DNA of 64,000 nucleotides, from positions 60,599 through 124,598 of IMG/VR virus record IMGVR_UViG_3300048590_000661; one strand, 5' to 3'. A program made the position numbers and the translations under genes. Every line of letters begins with the position of its first letter. The stretch's first letter is position 1. Under the pieces are notes generated by a model. It was not told the DNA's origin. It did no database searches and saw nothing but the letters and a program-made list of their open reading frames with translations. The DNA is from a virus. Positions 32,433 to 43,689 of the stretch are shown here, piece by piece.

Positions 32433-33449
32433 ATGAAAGTATCCGTAAACGTAGAAGATTGGGAAAATAACTATATAGAGTTTCATGAATCTGATACATG
32501 GAATATGGATAGTATTTTAGGCTACATAATTCTTAATTCGCTAATTGAGTTTCGTAAACACGCTACAGAAGGAACACCACAGGGGATAGAAAGTAATGAT
32601 GAATGGTTAGTTATTTTAGATAGCATGATTAGTAGTTTTGATTTGATTCAAGATGATATTATGAACTATCACGACCATGAAGAAACTATCAACTTAGGTC
32701 TTAATAACTTCGCTAAGTATTTACCTAGTTTGTGGACATAAATATGATTAAAGAAAATATTAGTATTGATGAAGTAGTAACATTATTAAATGAAATGCTT
32801 TCGTTAGATATTGGCGCTACAGCCGCCTTATTAGCAAATAGGGTGCCATGTAATAGTGATTTAGTTAACCATCCAACTATTCAAGTGGATACCCAACATG
32901 GGGTTTATTTTGTTGGATTACTAGGTGTAATTAATGGGTTATTTGGTGTAAACGAAGATAATCAAGGCGCAATAGGGTATGTATTTGAAGACGATTATAA
33001 TAGTGGTGGACGTAAATTAGTTAGGTTTCAAAAAATGAAATATGATTAGTTTAAGTTTTGAAATAGATGGGTACTTTTGGTAGACTAGTGGTAGGTAACG
33101 TAAATAACTATTCAGGAGAAGAATAAAATTGTTTAATCTATTTTCAAATATTGACGTTTTAGCAAAGAGTATCCAAGATTTAGTAACTCGCATCACTACA
33201 TTTACCAATTCTCTTACGACTACGCTTAATGCGTTAGTTGAAAAAGTTGATAATTTAGTTGAAACGGTTACTGACGAAATTGAAGATTTTGTAGAACCTA
33301 TGCCAGTTGTTAATATCAAACTCGAAGACGGAACTGTATTTTCAAATGCAGTAATTTCTATTGATGAGGGTCTACTAAATATTTCTGTTACTGATGGCGA
33401 AAAAACAGAATTATATGTAACTAATCTTGGCTTCATTGCTAAAGTTTAA
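32433..33449 (+). CDS. Three hypothetical proteins (32433-32741, 32732-33049, 33129-33449)
   Basis: ORF track. Confidence 0.55.
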
Positions 33450-33491
33450 TAAATTAATACACTAATAGCTGGTTACTATTAGTGTATTAAT

Positions 33492-34253
33492 TTATGTATT
33501 ATAATATTCGTTGTATATTTCTAATAGTTCATTACGATATTTGTATTCTTTACCCATCCAATCTTCTAAATCGGTTAGGGTATTAGGTTGTCTATTTGAG
33601 TAAATATAATGAAAATCATACATATGGCAGTTTTCACATAACGTGACGAGATTCGCTTCTTCAAATCTTAATTCAGTGTAATTGCTAAAATCAAAGATAT
33701 GATGACAATTTAATTCGGCACCTTGCATATTACATTTCTGACAAGTAAATTCGTCTCTTTCACGAATAATAGGGTTTATAATAGAAGATAAATAATTTCT
33801 ATCTATTCTATTTCTTCCAGTTATCCCGCCCTTCCAAAAATTACTGTTTTCACCAGAATGAGCGCTAATAAGTCTTTCTTTATGGTAGCACCCGCACGAA
33901 GTAGTGTTAGAACTTTGTAAATTATTGCCGCGAATTACCTTTTCATTACCACAATCACAAATACAATTGTAGTCCCACCTACCACGGTTATATTGTGAGT
34001 GTTTGCTAATAACTATTAAACGACCAAATCTTTGCCCTGTTAAATCATTAGAGTGAGCGCAAGACCGACAGCAAAAACTATTGTTTGTCTTTCTTAATTC
34101 ATTTAATCCAATTTCATAATTTTTCCTACATAACATACATTCGCATAAAAAATATCTTTCTTTTCCTCGTTTTTCTGTTTCTTTAATTACTTTCCAATGT
34201 TTATTGGGAAATGTATCACCTGGATTAATTTCTATTTTCTTTCTACCCATCAT
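33492..34253 (-). CDS. Zinc-module HNH endonuclease, family copy 4
   Basis: EINPGDTFPNKHW, GQRFGRL, RERDEFTCQKC, NCHHIFD, NLVTLCENCH. Confidence 0.9.
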   Translation of the reverse strand: MMGRKKIEINPGDTFPNKHWKVIKETEKRGKERYFLCECMLCRKNYEIGLNELRKTNNSFCCRSCAHSNDLTGQRFGRLIVISKHSQYNRGRWDYNCICDCGNEKVIRGNNLQSSNTTSCGCYHKERLISAHSGENSNFWKGGITGRNRIDRNYLSSIINPIIRERDEFTCQKCNMQGAELNCHHIFDFSNYTELRFEEANLVTLCENCHMYDFHYIYSNRQPNTLTDLEDWMGKEYKYRNELLEIYNEYYNT

Positions 34254-34407
34254 TTACCTCAATACCATTTTTTTCAGCATAGTCACGAATGGCGAGTTCT
34301 AGAATAGAGGGTTTCGTAATATTCAGTTTTTCAGATAGTTTTTCTAATAACTTCTTTGCCTTGACTGAAAAACGGATACTAGTTGGGTCTGCTTTATTGA
34401 TCTTCAT
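34243..34407 (-). CDS. RHH protein (54 aa, not in ORF track)
   Basis: MKINKADPTSIRFSVKAKKLLEKLSEKLNITKPSILELAIRDYAEKNGIEVNDG; overlaps the HNH start. Confidence 0.8.
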   Translation of the reverse strand: MKINKADPTSIRFSVKAKKLLEKLSEKLNITKPSILELAIRDYAEKNGIEVNDG

Positions 34408-34491
34408 ATTTTCTCCTAATAGAATAAGTATTTATTACATAGCTACATTGTAACACATTATGGATTATTTTGCAAATTAATAATTACATGC

Positions 34492-34520
34492 TTGACTTAT
34501 TTTAGTTTTTGATGTATACT
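34492..34520 (+). promoter_or_regulatory. Sigma70-type promoter
   Basis: TTGACT-17-TATACT. Confidence 0.7.
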
Positions 34521-34562
34521 ATTCATATCAATCAAAGTTAATCTTTTAGAAAGCAGAATACC

Positions 34563-35069
34563 ATGATTACAGATTTTAGTTTAGATGGTCGTCATTGGTT
34601 CCTTAATAACTATTCAATTTCACCTCTGATTATTAATCAAGAATATTTAGCCCCAAGTATTGCACATGCTTTTCATGCTCTAATGGCTGCTACGCCTAAA
34701 GATATGGTTCGCATTGTTACTGCTAGAACGCCAAGTGAAGCTACTAGAATGGGGTTAAAATTACTACGTGAAGGTAAAGTTCGGAAAGACTATAATGAAG
34801 TATTTTACAACACAATGAAACAGTTAATTAACCAGAAGTTCAATAAACCAGAGTTTAAAGAGCTATTATTAACTACTGGTGATCAACTACTTCTTAATGT
34901 TAACGAATATTCAGATCGCTATTGGGGTGTTGTTATTGAATTACCTAATTATGCTAGTTTAGACCAATTAGGTAATGTAAGTATTGGGCCACAATATGTA
35001 GGCTTTAACAAGTTGGGCAAGCTAATCATGGAAGTACGTGAAGAGCTAAAGGAAGAAAATCATGTTTAG
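34563..35069 (+). CDS. NADAR (YbiA-like) family protein
   Basis: FLNNYS, TPSEATRMG, QKF...LLLTTGD, DRYWG, NKLGKLIMEVREEL. Confidence 0.85.
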   Translation: MITDFSLDGRHWFLNNYSISPLIINQEYLAPSIAHAFHALMAATPKDMVRIVTARTPSEATRMGLKLLREGKVRKDYNEVFYNTMKQLINQKFNKPEFKELLLTTGDQLLLNVNEYSDRYWGVVIELPNYASLDQLGNVSIGPQYVGFNKLGKLIMEVREELKEENHV

Positions 35070-35354
35070 CAAACCAGTATATGAATTAGATATTTCCCAC
35101 GAATTTAGTAATTTAGCTGCCCAATTAGATGATGAATTAACTTCACATGATAGTTTTAGGTTTTATTCTGGTAGTTATGATATTAGCCCTAAAATAGACG
35201 CAGTACATAATTGGTGTTTAGATAGTAGTGTTCCCACAAACTATAAAGTAGGAAATGAGATGATTCTATTCCTACATAAATTAGAGATATATGATTTTAC
35301 TTTACCGTCTGATTTCCTTTTATTCTTAATTAAGCCCGACCTAGTTTTTGGTGC

Positions 35355-35383
35355 TTGACAACCGTTTCAAAGTGTGGTAAACT
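35355..35383 (+). promoter_or_regulatory. Sigma70-type promoter upstream of the tRNA gene
   Basis: TTGACA-17-(TGG)TAAACT, followed by a leader hairpin at 35410-35441. Confidence 0.8.
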
Positions 35384-35452
35384 ATATACGTGGCGTTACT
35401 GGTGGAGTGAGGGCAGTTAGGTTATGTAATCTAGTTGCCCTAGTTTTTATAT

Positions 35453-35525
35453 GCGGGGATAAGTTAATTAGTAAAACTGCCATTCTTATACAGTGGAATT
35501 ACCCGTGCAAGTCGGGTTCCCCGTA
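35453..35525 (+). tRNA. tRNA-Ile (anticodon TAT)
   Basis: Acceptor GCGGGGA/TCCCCGT-A, D arm AGTT/AACT, anticodon arm CCATT-CTTATAC-AGTGG, T arm ACCCG-TGCAAGT-CGGGT; CCA not encoded. Confidence 0.88.
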
Positions 35526-35556
35526 CTACTCAAAAAAATAAAAGGAATAAATAACT

Positions 35557-36493
35557 ATGAACTTTCAATTAGACATCACTATTAACAAGACTCACAACAA
35601 TATTCCACATTGGGTAAACTATATCGCCATTGATTTTAATGGTGGTATTCATGGGTATGAAAATGAGCCTTTTCCAGCAAGGGATTTAATATGGGTAGTA
35701 GATAATGGTCGGCAAGTAAATTTATCTTATGTAGATTTGTATAGCAAATATTGGTTAGGCAGTGTGGAAGTAAATAACTGGACGGAAACCCTAATTGGAC
35801 TAAATGAAAGTGATTAGTTATGCTCTATACAGAAGATAAAGTCATTGGGCTAGTAAGTAAATTATCTAATGACCCTTCATCTAGCGCTATTGAAGATTTA
35901 GTTATGAATATTGTATTTGACTATGAAAATGAATTACGTAGATATAAAGATAACTCACTATTCTTGGCTTTAGAATTAGCGACTGCACACGATAAAATAA
36001 ATAAGCTTATTAGTGTAGTAAGTCATGATATTCAAATAACTGAAAGGCTACTTTAATGAATACTTTTTATATGTTAATGCGAATTACCCAAGATTCATTA
36101 AGAGACTTATGTAAAGAAATGATTGCATTAGATGATGAAGAATTTAATGGTAAAACTTACCTAAGTTACATGCAATCATTAAAGCCCGATTCTGGCAGTA
36201 ATCAGTGGGTGAGTTTTAAGTTAGGGAAGCGGTTTACTTTTGAACCAATTTTCAATGATTTTGGCGTATCGGAGTGGATGGACAACGAAAAAATCAGTGA
36301 ACTTTGCCATGACACCTTGCTAAATGAACTATCCGTTATGATGGGTAATCAATACGAAATTATCACAGTATGGAAGGCGCATTATGATATTAGCTATAGT
36401 TACTTTGGTGACGAAGATTGTGAATTGATTTTAGAATTTCTTGGCGAATTAGATGGTGAAAAATTACACATCGTTGTAAAGGACTTTAACTAA
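35557..36493 (+). CDS. Three hypothetical proteins (35557-35817, 35820-36056, 36056-36493)
   Basis: ORF track. Confidence 0.55.
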
Positions 36494-37560
36494 TGCTTTA
36501 CATTCCAGAAAAGATTAAAATTGGTTTTCAAAATAGGTCTGACACTTACACAGGTAAATTGGGATATATTATCTACTTTGACGAGCGTGGAAAATTGCGT
36601 AAAGAACAATCATGGAATAATTGGAGAAATAAAGATATTGAACCACAAGAATTTGATAATGTGCCGGTCAATGGTTTCGTACTAAATAAAAAAGCCGGTG
36701 ATTATTCTGGCTATTATGGCAATCACCGTAAAGCGTACTCGCGTGTCTACGATCCCCGCGGATTTGAAATCGAAATCACGATAGAGAACCTATTATTTAT
36801 TTTAGAGAATTGCACAAGTACTAAAGGTAAAGGTCTTGAAGGGGAGTTTGTATATAGTTGGAAAGGTAAAGACCTAATTCTTTTACCTGTGGAATCGCCG
36901 GATTATAAAAATGTTAAATTACATAGTCGCCTAATTAATAAAGATGAGAAAATCAAGGCGAAAGATTTAATAGTAGGTGCTACCTATATTGATAAGAATA
37001 AAGAAGAATATATCAATATAGGTAGGTTTGATAAATTTAGCCTCGATTACAGAAGCCAAAAATCAGAAAATAAAGGCAAGCACTATTATTTTGCTAGGGC
37101 TTATACTAGTCGTGATGGCACAAATACCTATCAAATACATTATTTTAAGTCTATTAGTAACAAGTTCATTAGTTGCATAAATGAAGAATGCACACCAGAA
37201 TACCCAATTATCTTTGAGCAAATAGAAAGTAGTTTAGACTATTGCCCTATTGATGAAAACTTATCTAAATATACCAAGTATAGTTTTGATGAGTTTAGAC
37301 TATTGCTTCTTGAAAGAAGTTGGTACGATAGGCGATTCTTTGATAAAGACCATAATATTATACAAGTAGAGGCTAAATATGGTTATGGTGGTAATAATCA
37401 TGGTAAATACGAAATTAGCTGGATAAATGACAAACGAATACGTACTTGGGAAACATACACCGCACAAGAATTATTCGTCAAATATGCGCCAATGTATAAA
37501 GAAAGTTATTTAGCTAACGGAAAGTTTTATAAATCTACAAAATATACGGAGAAAGATTAA
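36493..37560 (+). CDS. Hypothetical phage protein
   Basis: IPEKIKIGFQNRSDTYTGKLGY...RVYDPRGFEIEITIENL resembles a family I recall from large phages; followed by coiled-coil ORF 37563-37967. Confidence 0.65.
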   Translation: MLYIPEKIKIGFQNRSDTYTGKLGYIIYFDERGKLRKEQSWNNWRNKDIEPQEFDNVPVNGFVLNKKAGDYSGYYGNHRKAYSRVYDPRGFEIEITIENLLFILENCTSTKGKGLEGEFVYSWKGKDLILLPVESPDYKNVKLHSRLINKDEKIKAKDLIVGATYIDKNKEEYINIGRFDKFSLDYRSQKSENKGKHYYFARAYTSRDGTNTYQIHYFKSISNKFISCINEECTPEYPIIFEQIESSLDYCPIDENLSKYTKYSFDEFRLLLLERSWYDRRFFDKDHNIIQVEAKYGYGGNNHGKYEISWINDKRIRTWETYTAQELFVKYAPMYKESYLANGKFYKSTKYTEKD

Positions 37561-37562
37561 CT

Positions 37563-39589
37563 ATGAACAACAATGATGAAAAGATTTTAAAGTTACGTGA
37601 ACAAATTGCAGCTAAAAAGGCTTTATTAAATACTGCCACAAAAACAAGCCTTAAAACTAACCTAGTACTTCACCTTGAAGAAAAGACATATAACCTTAAT
37701 GTGCTTCCCGCTGCTGATTTAGGTATGTTAACTATTCGGCTTAATATGTATAAAATTTCTGCTAGTGACTTAAAGCTAACTGATGTAGTTATTTCAGGCT
37801 ATGCTATTGATGATTGGCTAGAAGATATCTTTGCTAAGGTTAATTATGTAAACACGAAAGCTGAAAAATTGAAGTTGGCAGAGATGGAAAAGCGGCTAGC
37901 AGAATTGCTTTCTAATGATAAGAAGATCGAATTGGAGCTAAGTAACTTAGAAAAGGAATTAGGTTAATGAGTGACCACATTAGTGCTAGTGCTGACGAAC
38001 TAATGCGTCAAGCCGATTGGACAGCAGATAAATGGTTTAATACAGCTATTAAAATCATTGACGATGAATTTGGCAAAGGGTATGCTACTATTGGTGAAGC
38101 TCAATGGGGTTCTTTTCAACTTATTAAAGAGCAAAAAGAAAAAGAACGGCTAGAAAAGATTGCCAGATTAGAAGCAGAAACGGTTGCCAAGTTTGATGAA
38201 TTAGAAAACAATTATATTACTAGCACAGATTCTATTACTGCCGATATGTTTTGCCAGTTGTGTGATAAGTATAATGTGGAAATTCCAGCTAGAACTAAGG
38301 GATTTATTCTTAAGAACGTTTCTGAAATTACACGTACTAAAGGATTCTATATTACCAGTAACAACAATAAAGCTACCGTTAATGTGTTTCGATATATTGA
38401 CCGACTGAATAAAAAATTAGATAATAAGGAATAATATATTATGTTAACTAAAGCAAATTGGTATGCGCAATTAGATGACTTATTCGTAAATGAGTTCGGT
38501 ATTGGGTGGGAAGATATGGAAGATTATACATGGGAAAGCTTGCGTGAAGATGGCTATTCACCACAAGAAGCATTTGATGACTATCTAGAATATTCTGATT
38601 ACTTTGATGAGGAATAAATTATGCTAATTAATGATAAAGCAGCGTTAAAACTTCTCGAATATTGCAAAGAAATACTAGAAGAGGCAGAATCAAAAATGGA
38701 AAAATATGCAGATGACGATTTCCATAGAGTTTATAATTTTGGTCAAATTGACGCATTTAATGAGATATTGAAGGTTCTAAAACTAATTAATGGTGATTTA
38801 TGCTAATAATCTCACTCTATATCAGTGGTGTAATATATGTCACTGGAAAAGTTTATCATAGCTACATGAATAGCGAATTGTATTTTGATAATTTAAGCCG
38901 TGAAATGGATAATATGCTATTTAGCTATCCATTATTATTCTGCGCATTGATTGGTTTGGGGTGGCCTTATACTATCGTGAGATTTTCATTGATGGGGGTA
39001 TTATTCAAATGGGATGCTTAAAATGTAGTTCGCCAACTAATAGAACACTTTGTGATGATTGCGTAATTGAACTAGATAACCTTAGTGATTGTATTTCGTT
39101 GATTAAAGATCTGTATATTAAAATTGAGCAACTAGAAAAAGAAAACAAAGAATTAAATAGTGATAGCCAAATGCTATTAGCCCTAGAAGTTTGCGGGGTG
39201 GATAATTGGAGTGGTTACGATGACGCTATGCAATACTTAGAAGATGGTGGGCTAGATGAATAAAGAAAAATCGGCATACGAATTTATGTTCAAGCACCCA
39301 CAACTTAGAGAATATATAATCGTAGATAATACCCCACGGAAGATGTATAACAGATTAGCCTTTTATGGTTATTTTTATGAAAACGGGAAGTGGGTTAAAA
39401 AGGAGAAATAGCAATATGGCTTCACCTTTAAAAGTATGCCGATGTGAACAATGTAGTTATATACTGCGCACTAAAGAGGGTGATTATTGGATGACTGGTC
39501 TTAACCGCAAATTTAGACGTAAGAATAAACAACTTTTAAAGATGGGCAAAGAGCCAGCTATTAAGATATCAGTTCCTTATTTGGGGTAG
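37563..39589 (+). CDS. Run of small hypothetical proteins
   Basis: ORF track (37563, 37967, 38621, 38800, 38961, 39365), tightly packed. Confidence 0.5.
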
Positions 39590-39602
39590 AAAGAAGAATA
39601 TT

Positions 39603-40022
39603 ATGACAATGAGTTATAAGCAATATATGGCAATTAGAATCTATGACAATTTTGTTAACGTAGATAAGTTAGGATTCGTTACTAATACACACACTGGTAC
39701 ATATTCACATAGTCTAGCCACCAATAAAATTGGATGTGCCATTGGATGCCTGTTGCCACCGTTGTTAGCTGAGAAATTAGAAGATATTACTGAGCGGTAT
39801 GACCAATATTTGATTTATGATATTTTAACATTTTTAAGCCCAACTACACCAGAGGATATTTTAGTATTGTATGAAATTAAGCAGATTTTAGAATATGATG
39901 GTAATGACCAATTATTAGAGTTAGATAGTTTGTAACTTATGCATGATATCAGTAATACCTATGATGAGTTTATGTCCTATTTGAAAGGGGTAATTGAAGA
40001 TAATGGCTATGCGTTTAATTAG
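39603..40022 (+). pseudogene. Hypothetical phage gene with a probable internal nonsense codon
   Basis: The frame continues past TAA at 39933-39935 as LDSL*LMHD...AFN to TAG at 40022. Confidence 0.5.
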
Positions 40023-40689
40023 TGCCCATAATAGCAGTAACGATAAAGAAGTAGTTGGCTTTAAAAGCACAGAGTGGCATGATTACCTTACTTGTGCTTA
40101 TGACTTCTTTGCAGAACACCTATTTGAACAAGTATTTAATCAAAAGTTGCCTGATGCTATTATAACTTTAGGGCACAAAAGTACGGCAAGAGGATACTAC
40201 TGGCCCGAAATTTTCAAAGATGTGGCCGAAAGTCGCCAATTGCCAGAAATATCTATTTGTTGGAATAGTTTACGTAATGATACAAAGACAATTTTATCGA
40301 CGCTTTGTCACGAGATGGCCCACCACTATCAATATGCTTATGGCAAGCCTGGAAAAGGCGCATACCACAACCGTGAATTTGCGATGATCATGTTATCAAT
40401 TGGTTTGAAAGCTTACTCGATTCTAGATCACACAAAGATGACCGGAAATAAAGTTAGTCATGTAGTATTAGAAAATGCCAAATTTGATGTTGTAGCTAAT
40501 GAGTTTATTAAGGAATATGGCGACTTCGCACTTGCGCAGGGTGAAATTCCATTTATGATGAAACAAGAAGTAAAACGGCGACCAGTATTTTCTTGTAATT
40601 GTGGTAATGAAATGACTATCCCTAAAAATTTGATTGATGTGGTAGAAATTAAGTGTAAGGTTTGTGGTGAAATTTTAAAGTCTATTTAG
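39994..40689 (+). CDS. SprT-like zinc metalloprotease domain protein
   Basis: TLCHEMAHHYQ, YHNREF, C-terminal CxC...CKVC. Confidence 0.85.
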   Translation: MKIMAMRLISAHNSSNDKEVVGFKSTEWHDYLTCAYDFFAEHLFEQVFNQKLPDAIITLGHKSTARGYYWPEIFKDVAESRQLPEISICWNSLRNDTKTILSTLCHEMAHHYQYAYGKPGKGAYHNREFAMIMLSIGLKAYSILDHTKMTGNKVSHVVLENAKFDVVANEFIKEYGDFALAQGEIPFMMKQEVKRRPVFSCNCGNEMTIPKNLIDVVEIKCKVCGEILKSI

Positions 40690-40739
40690 TTTAGTATGCC
40701 TATTTATATAAATTAATTTATATAAATAGGCATACTAAT

Positions 40740-41303
40740 TTAATAGAATTGATTATATAAGTCTAAAAGTTCATGTCTATATTTATATTCAACACCTAAC
40801 CAATCTTCCAAATCGATTAATGTGTTAGTATCATATGTTTTATATATTCTATGGAAGTCATTTAAATGGCAATTAATGCACAGTGTAATTAAATTGCATG
40901 GTTCACAAGCCAAGTTATAATAGTTTTGCATATCAAAAATATGGTGGCAGTTAAAATTACCTCCTTTATTATCACCACATTTCTGGCAAGTAAATCCGTC
41001 TCTTTCTCTTACTAATGGGTTTATCTCAACTGCAATTTTTCGCCTAAGTAATTCTGTTTCTGTTGAAATACCACCTTTCCATGATGGATTATTTTCGCCT
41101 AGTTTAGCACAAGACCTACAACAAAAACAACTATTTTTATTTCGTAAATCATTTAACCGGACTTCGTATTCTCTACCACAAAGTAAACACTCACATAAAA
41201 AATATCTTTGTATTCCTCTTTTTTCTATTTCCGCAATGACTTTCCAATGTTTATTGGGGAATGTATCACCTGGGTTAATTTCTAATTTTTTGCACATCAT
41301 CAA
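40740..41303 (-). CDS. Zinc-module HNH endonuclease, family copy 5 (CECLLC module only)
   Basis: RERDGFTCQKC, NCHHIFD, NLITLCINCH. Confidence 0.9.
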   Translation of the reverse strand: MMMCKKLEINPGDTFPNKHWKVIAEIEKRGIQRYFLCECLLCGREYEVRLNDLRNKNSCFCCRSCAKLGENNPSWKGGISTETELLRRKIAVEINPLVRERDGFTCQKCGDNKGGNFNCHHIFDMQNYYNLACEPCNLITLCINCHLNDFHRIYKTYDTNTLIDLEDWLGVEYKYRHELLDLYNQFY

Positions 41304-41457
41304 CCTCCAAACTATACTTAGCTGCCAATTCTCTAATAGCTAGTTCAATTGTGCCAGGACGTGTTAACCCTAATTTATCTTCTAACCTATCTAGAAGATA
41401 ATCGGCATTTGGGGTTAATCGCAAACTAAATGGGTCTAGCTTTTTTTGTTTTTTCAT
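41275..41457 (-). CDS. RHH protein
   Basis: FSLRLTPNADYLLDRLEDKLGLTRPGTIELAIRELA. Confidence 0.8.
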   Translation of the reverse strand: MKKQKKLDPFSLRLTPNADYLLDRLEDKLGLTRPGTIELAIRELAAKYSLEVDDVQKIRN

Positions 41458-41512
41458 ACTACTATTGTACTACAAAAGTATACCCACCTACAAATTAATA
41501 AAAAGTAGCGCA

Positions 41513-41541
41513 TTGACAAATATTGTAAAGTGTGGTATAAT
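41513..41541 (+). promoter_or_regulatory. Sigma70-type promoter with extended -10
   Basis: TTGACA-17-(TGG)TATAAT. Confidence 0.88.
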
Positions 41542-41577
41542 AGATAATTAATTCAATAAACAGCAAAGGAATAGCTT

Positions 41578-42273
41578 ATGACCATCGACAAAGCACTAGA
41601 CCACGTTAGAACTATTTATCCTAATATCTTACGTGCCAACTACTACGGTTCACACCAGTTCGGTCTTGAAAACGAAAATAGCGACATTGACCTATTGGTG
41701 GTAGTTTCTCGTGATTATAGTTTCTATACTTCTCTAAAGGAAAAAGATTTATCTATTAAGTCAATTAAATTTGACGGTGTAGATATTCAACTAATGGATA
41801 TTAGGCGTTATTTGCAACTAATTGAATCGAGTAATTTTGTAACATTAGTTAGCCTTTATAATCCTATTTATGTAAATCCTTTCTATAATCGTGTATTTGA
41901 TATTAATGTTGCAGATTTTAACCTAAATAAAATCGGGCACCATTTGTTAGGTATGTGCGTAAGTAATAGGCAAAAGTTGTATATGCGTGCGTATTGTATG
42001 TTGTTTTTAGAGTATATTATGAGTTATAAGGCGTTACCAAGCAGTTTAGATCATAACATGTTGCTAGTAAATTATAACCTAGTGCTTTCCAATATCCTTG
42101 ACAACAAAAAATATGGTACGCCATTACATTTTGACGAAGTTACTTCGCCATATTCTCATGATAATATTAATAATGTACTAACCGATACTAATAGCCCTAA
42201 TTGTAACGTGTTATGGGCTAATCATCTAGAAAATCTTAGACAAGAAAGCAGACGAACTTATGTCAATCGATGA
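41578..42273 (+). CDS. Pol-beta superfamily nucleotidyltransferase (RlaP/YcgL-like)
   Basis: YGSHQFGLENENSDIDL, DIQLMDIRRYLQLI. Confidence 0.8.
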   Translation: MTIDKALDHVRTIYPNILRANYYGSHQFGLENENSDIDLLVVVSRDYSFYTSLKEKDLSIKSIKFDGVDIQLMDIRRYLQLIESSNFVTLVSLYNPIYVNPFYNRVFDINVADFNLNKIGHHLLGMCVSNRQKLYMRAYCMLFLEYIMSYKALPSSLDHNMLLVNYNLVLSNILDNKKYGTPLHFDEVTSPYSHDNINNVLTDTNSPNCNVLWANHLENLRQESRRTYVNR

Positions 42274-42700
42274 ACGAATTAACCTACAATATAATATCCT
42301 AAAGATGTTTGGCAGTTATTATAAATTAGCAACTGCTATCGCTGAAGGTAACGACAAAGAGGCCAAATCACAAATAACTAATTTATTTTACTATTTATAT
42401 AACCTATATATCTCTTTATCTAGCCATGAGGAATTTGAGTTAGCTATTACTTCTTTTATGCAGAACCTAGAAAAAATGGAAGGCGTTGAAGAGGAAACGA
42501 TAATCTCATTAATTACTACTATTGGCAGATATGTTACTGGTTATCTATTTGATGAAGTTGCTAACCTAATCACTGAAGAAGCTGAATTTAACAATATTGC
42601 GATGTTAATCCAGCTTGACCTATTGATGCAATATTGCCTTATTGCAATGGCTTTCTATGACTTAGAAATCACAGATATGTACACAGAAAAGGATAACTAA
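42260..42700 (+). CDS. Helical hypothetical protein
   Basis: ORF track. Confidence 0.5.
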   Translation: MSIDERINLQYNILKMFGSYYKLATAIAEGNDKEAKSQITNLFYYLYNLYISLSSHEEFELAITSFMQNLEKMEGVEEETIISLITTIGRYVTGYLFDEVANLITEEAEFNNIAMLIQLDLLMQYCLIAMAFYDLEITDMYTEKDN

Positions 42701-42702
42701 TT

Positions 42703-43272
42703 ATGAACTTAAATGAGTATATTAGTGGAACTTTAGAGACTTGGCAAGATAACCCAATTGACCTTTATCCAAAAGAAGAGTATAACCTTAGACTTCAGAA
42801 AGCTAATGCCTTAATCGGTTTAGCCAACGAATTTTTTGAAACTATTGAAGATGAAAATATCTCACCAGATGAATTAGGGGATATCCTTTATTATGTCGTA
42901 ATTGGATATCAGAAGTTTAATATTGATACATTAGATGAGCTAATTACGACGCTTAATAATTTTGTCAGTAACATTATTAGCCCAACGGATTTAGTAGTCC
43001 TATCAGAATCTAAAAAATACCAATTACAGGCTATGTTAGTTTCTGGCGATTACTTTAATAATGTTAAAAAGACATTGTTTCGTAAAGGTAAAGAATTTGA
43101 TATTAACTTCATTAGTGACCTATTATCTGAAATGCTATTCTTCATTTTCCTAATGGCAGAACGTAATAATTATACTATTTATGAAATTATGGAAATGAAC
43201 TATGATAAGTTGCATGACTTGACTAACTTGGAAAAACGTGGATTGGAATTAAAGGACAATGAACCCGAATAG
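42703..43272 (+). CDS. MazG-like NTP pyrophosphohydrolase
   Basis: MNLNEY, IGLANE, DELGDILYY, IMEMNYDKL. Confidence 0.7.
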   Translation: MNLNEYISGTLETWQDNPIDLYPKEEYNLRLQKANALIGLANEFFETIEDENISPDELGDILYYVVIGYQKFNIDTLDELITTLNNFVSNIISPTDLVVLSESKKYQLQAMLVSGDYFNNVKKTLFRKGKEFDINFISDLLSEMLFFIFLMAERNNYTIYEIMEMNYDKLHDLTNLEKRGLELKDNEPE

Positions 43273-43642
43273 GTTTTATCGTATTGCAAGAGAACTTGCT
43301 AATTTAGAATTTGCGCTCGATAATACTAAAGTTAATGTTCATATTTCTATAATTACTTGGGGCAAAAGTTACTCAATTGGCATTAATAATGAAAAAAGCC
43401 ACCCTGATATATATTATAATTATGCGCCGTTTAAGACAATGTTGCATAGCGAAAAAGCGGCACACATTAAATGCAAATTTATTTCAGATAAACCAAAGAC
43501 ACTCATCAATTTTCGGTTCAGCCGTAGCAAAAATATACCATTAATGAGTCGGCCCTGTAGCGATTGTCTCGAATGGTGCGCAAAAGAATTTGAACATATT
43601 TATTATTCAGATTTTGATGGACAATTGGTTAAGCTATACTAA
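43259..43642 (+). CDS. Cytidine/dCMP deaminase-like zinc protein
   Basis: IGINNEKSHP, LHSE, SRPCSDC, IYYS. Confidence 0.8.
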   Translation: MNPNRFYRIARELANLEFALDNTKVNVHISIITWGKSYSIGINNEKSHPDIYYNYAPFKTMLHSEKAAHIKCKFISDKPKTLINFRFSRSKNIPLMSRPCSDCLEWCAKEFEHIYYSDFDGQLVKLY

Positions 43643-43689
43643 TGCCTACACCTAACTAAATAACTAGCATTTAGTTAGGTGTAGTTAAT

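Larger units (their letters stand above)
33451..34481 (-). mobile_element. RHH-HNH cassette A
   Basis: Promoter TTGCAA-17-TACAAT (34475-34447), RHH gene, HNH gene, 18-bp-stem palindrome at 33451-33493. Confidence 0.7.
40691..41499 (-). mobile_element. RHH-HNH cassette B
   Basis: Perfect 48-bp palindrome at 40691-40738, HNH gene, RHH gene, promoter-like TTGTAG-18-TACAAT. Confidence 0.7.
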
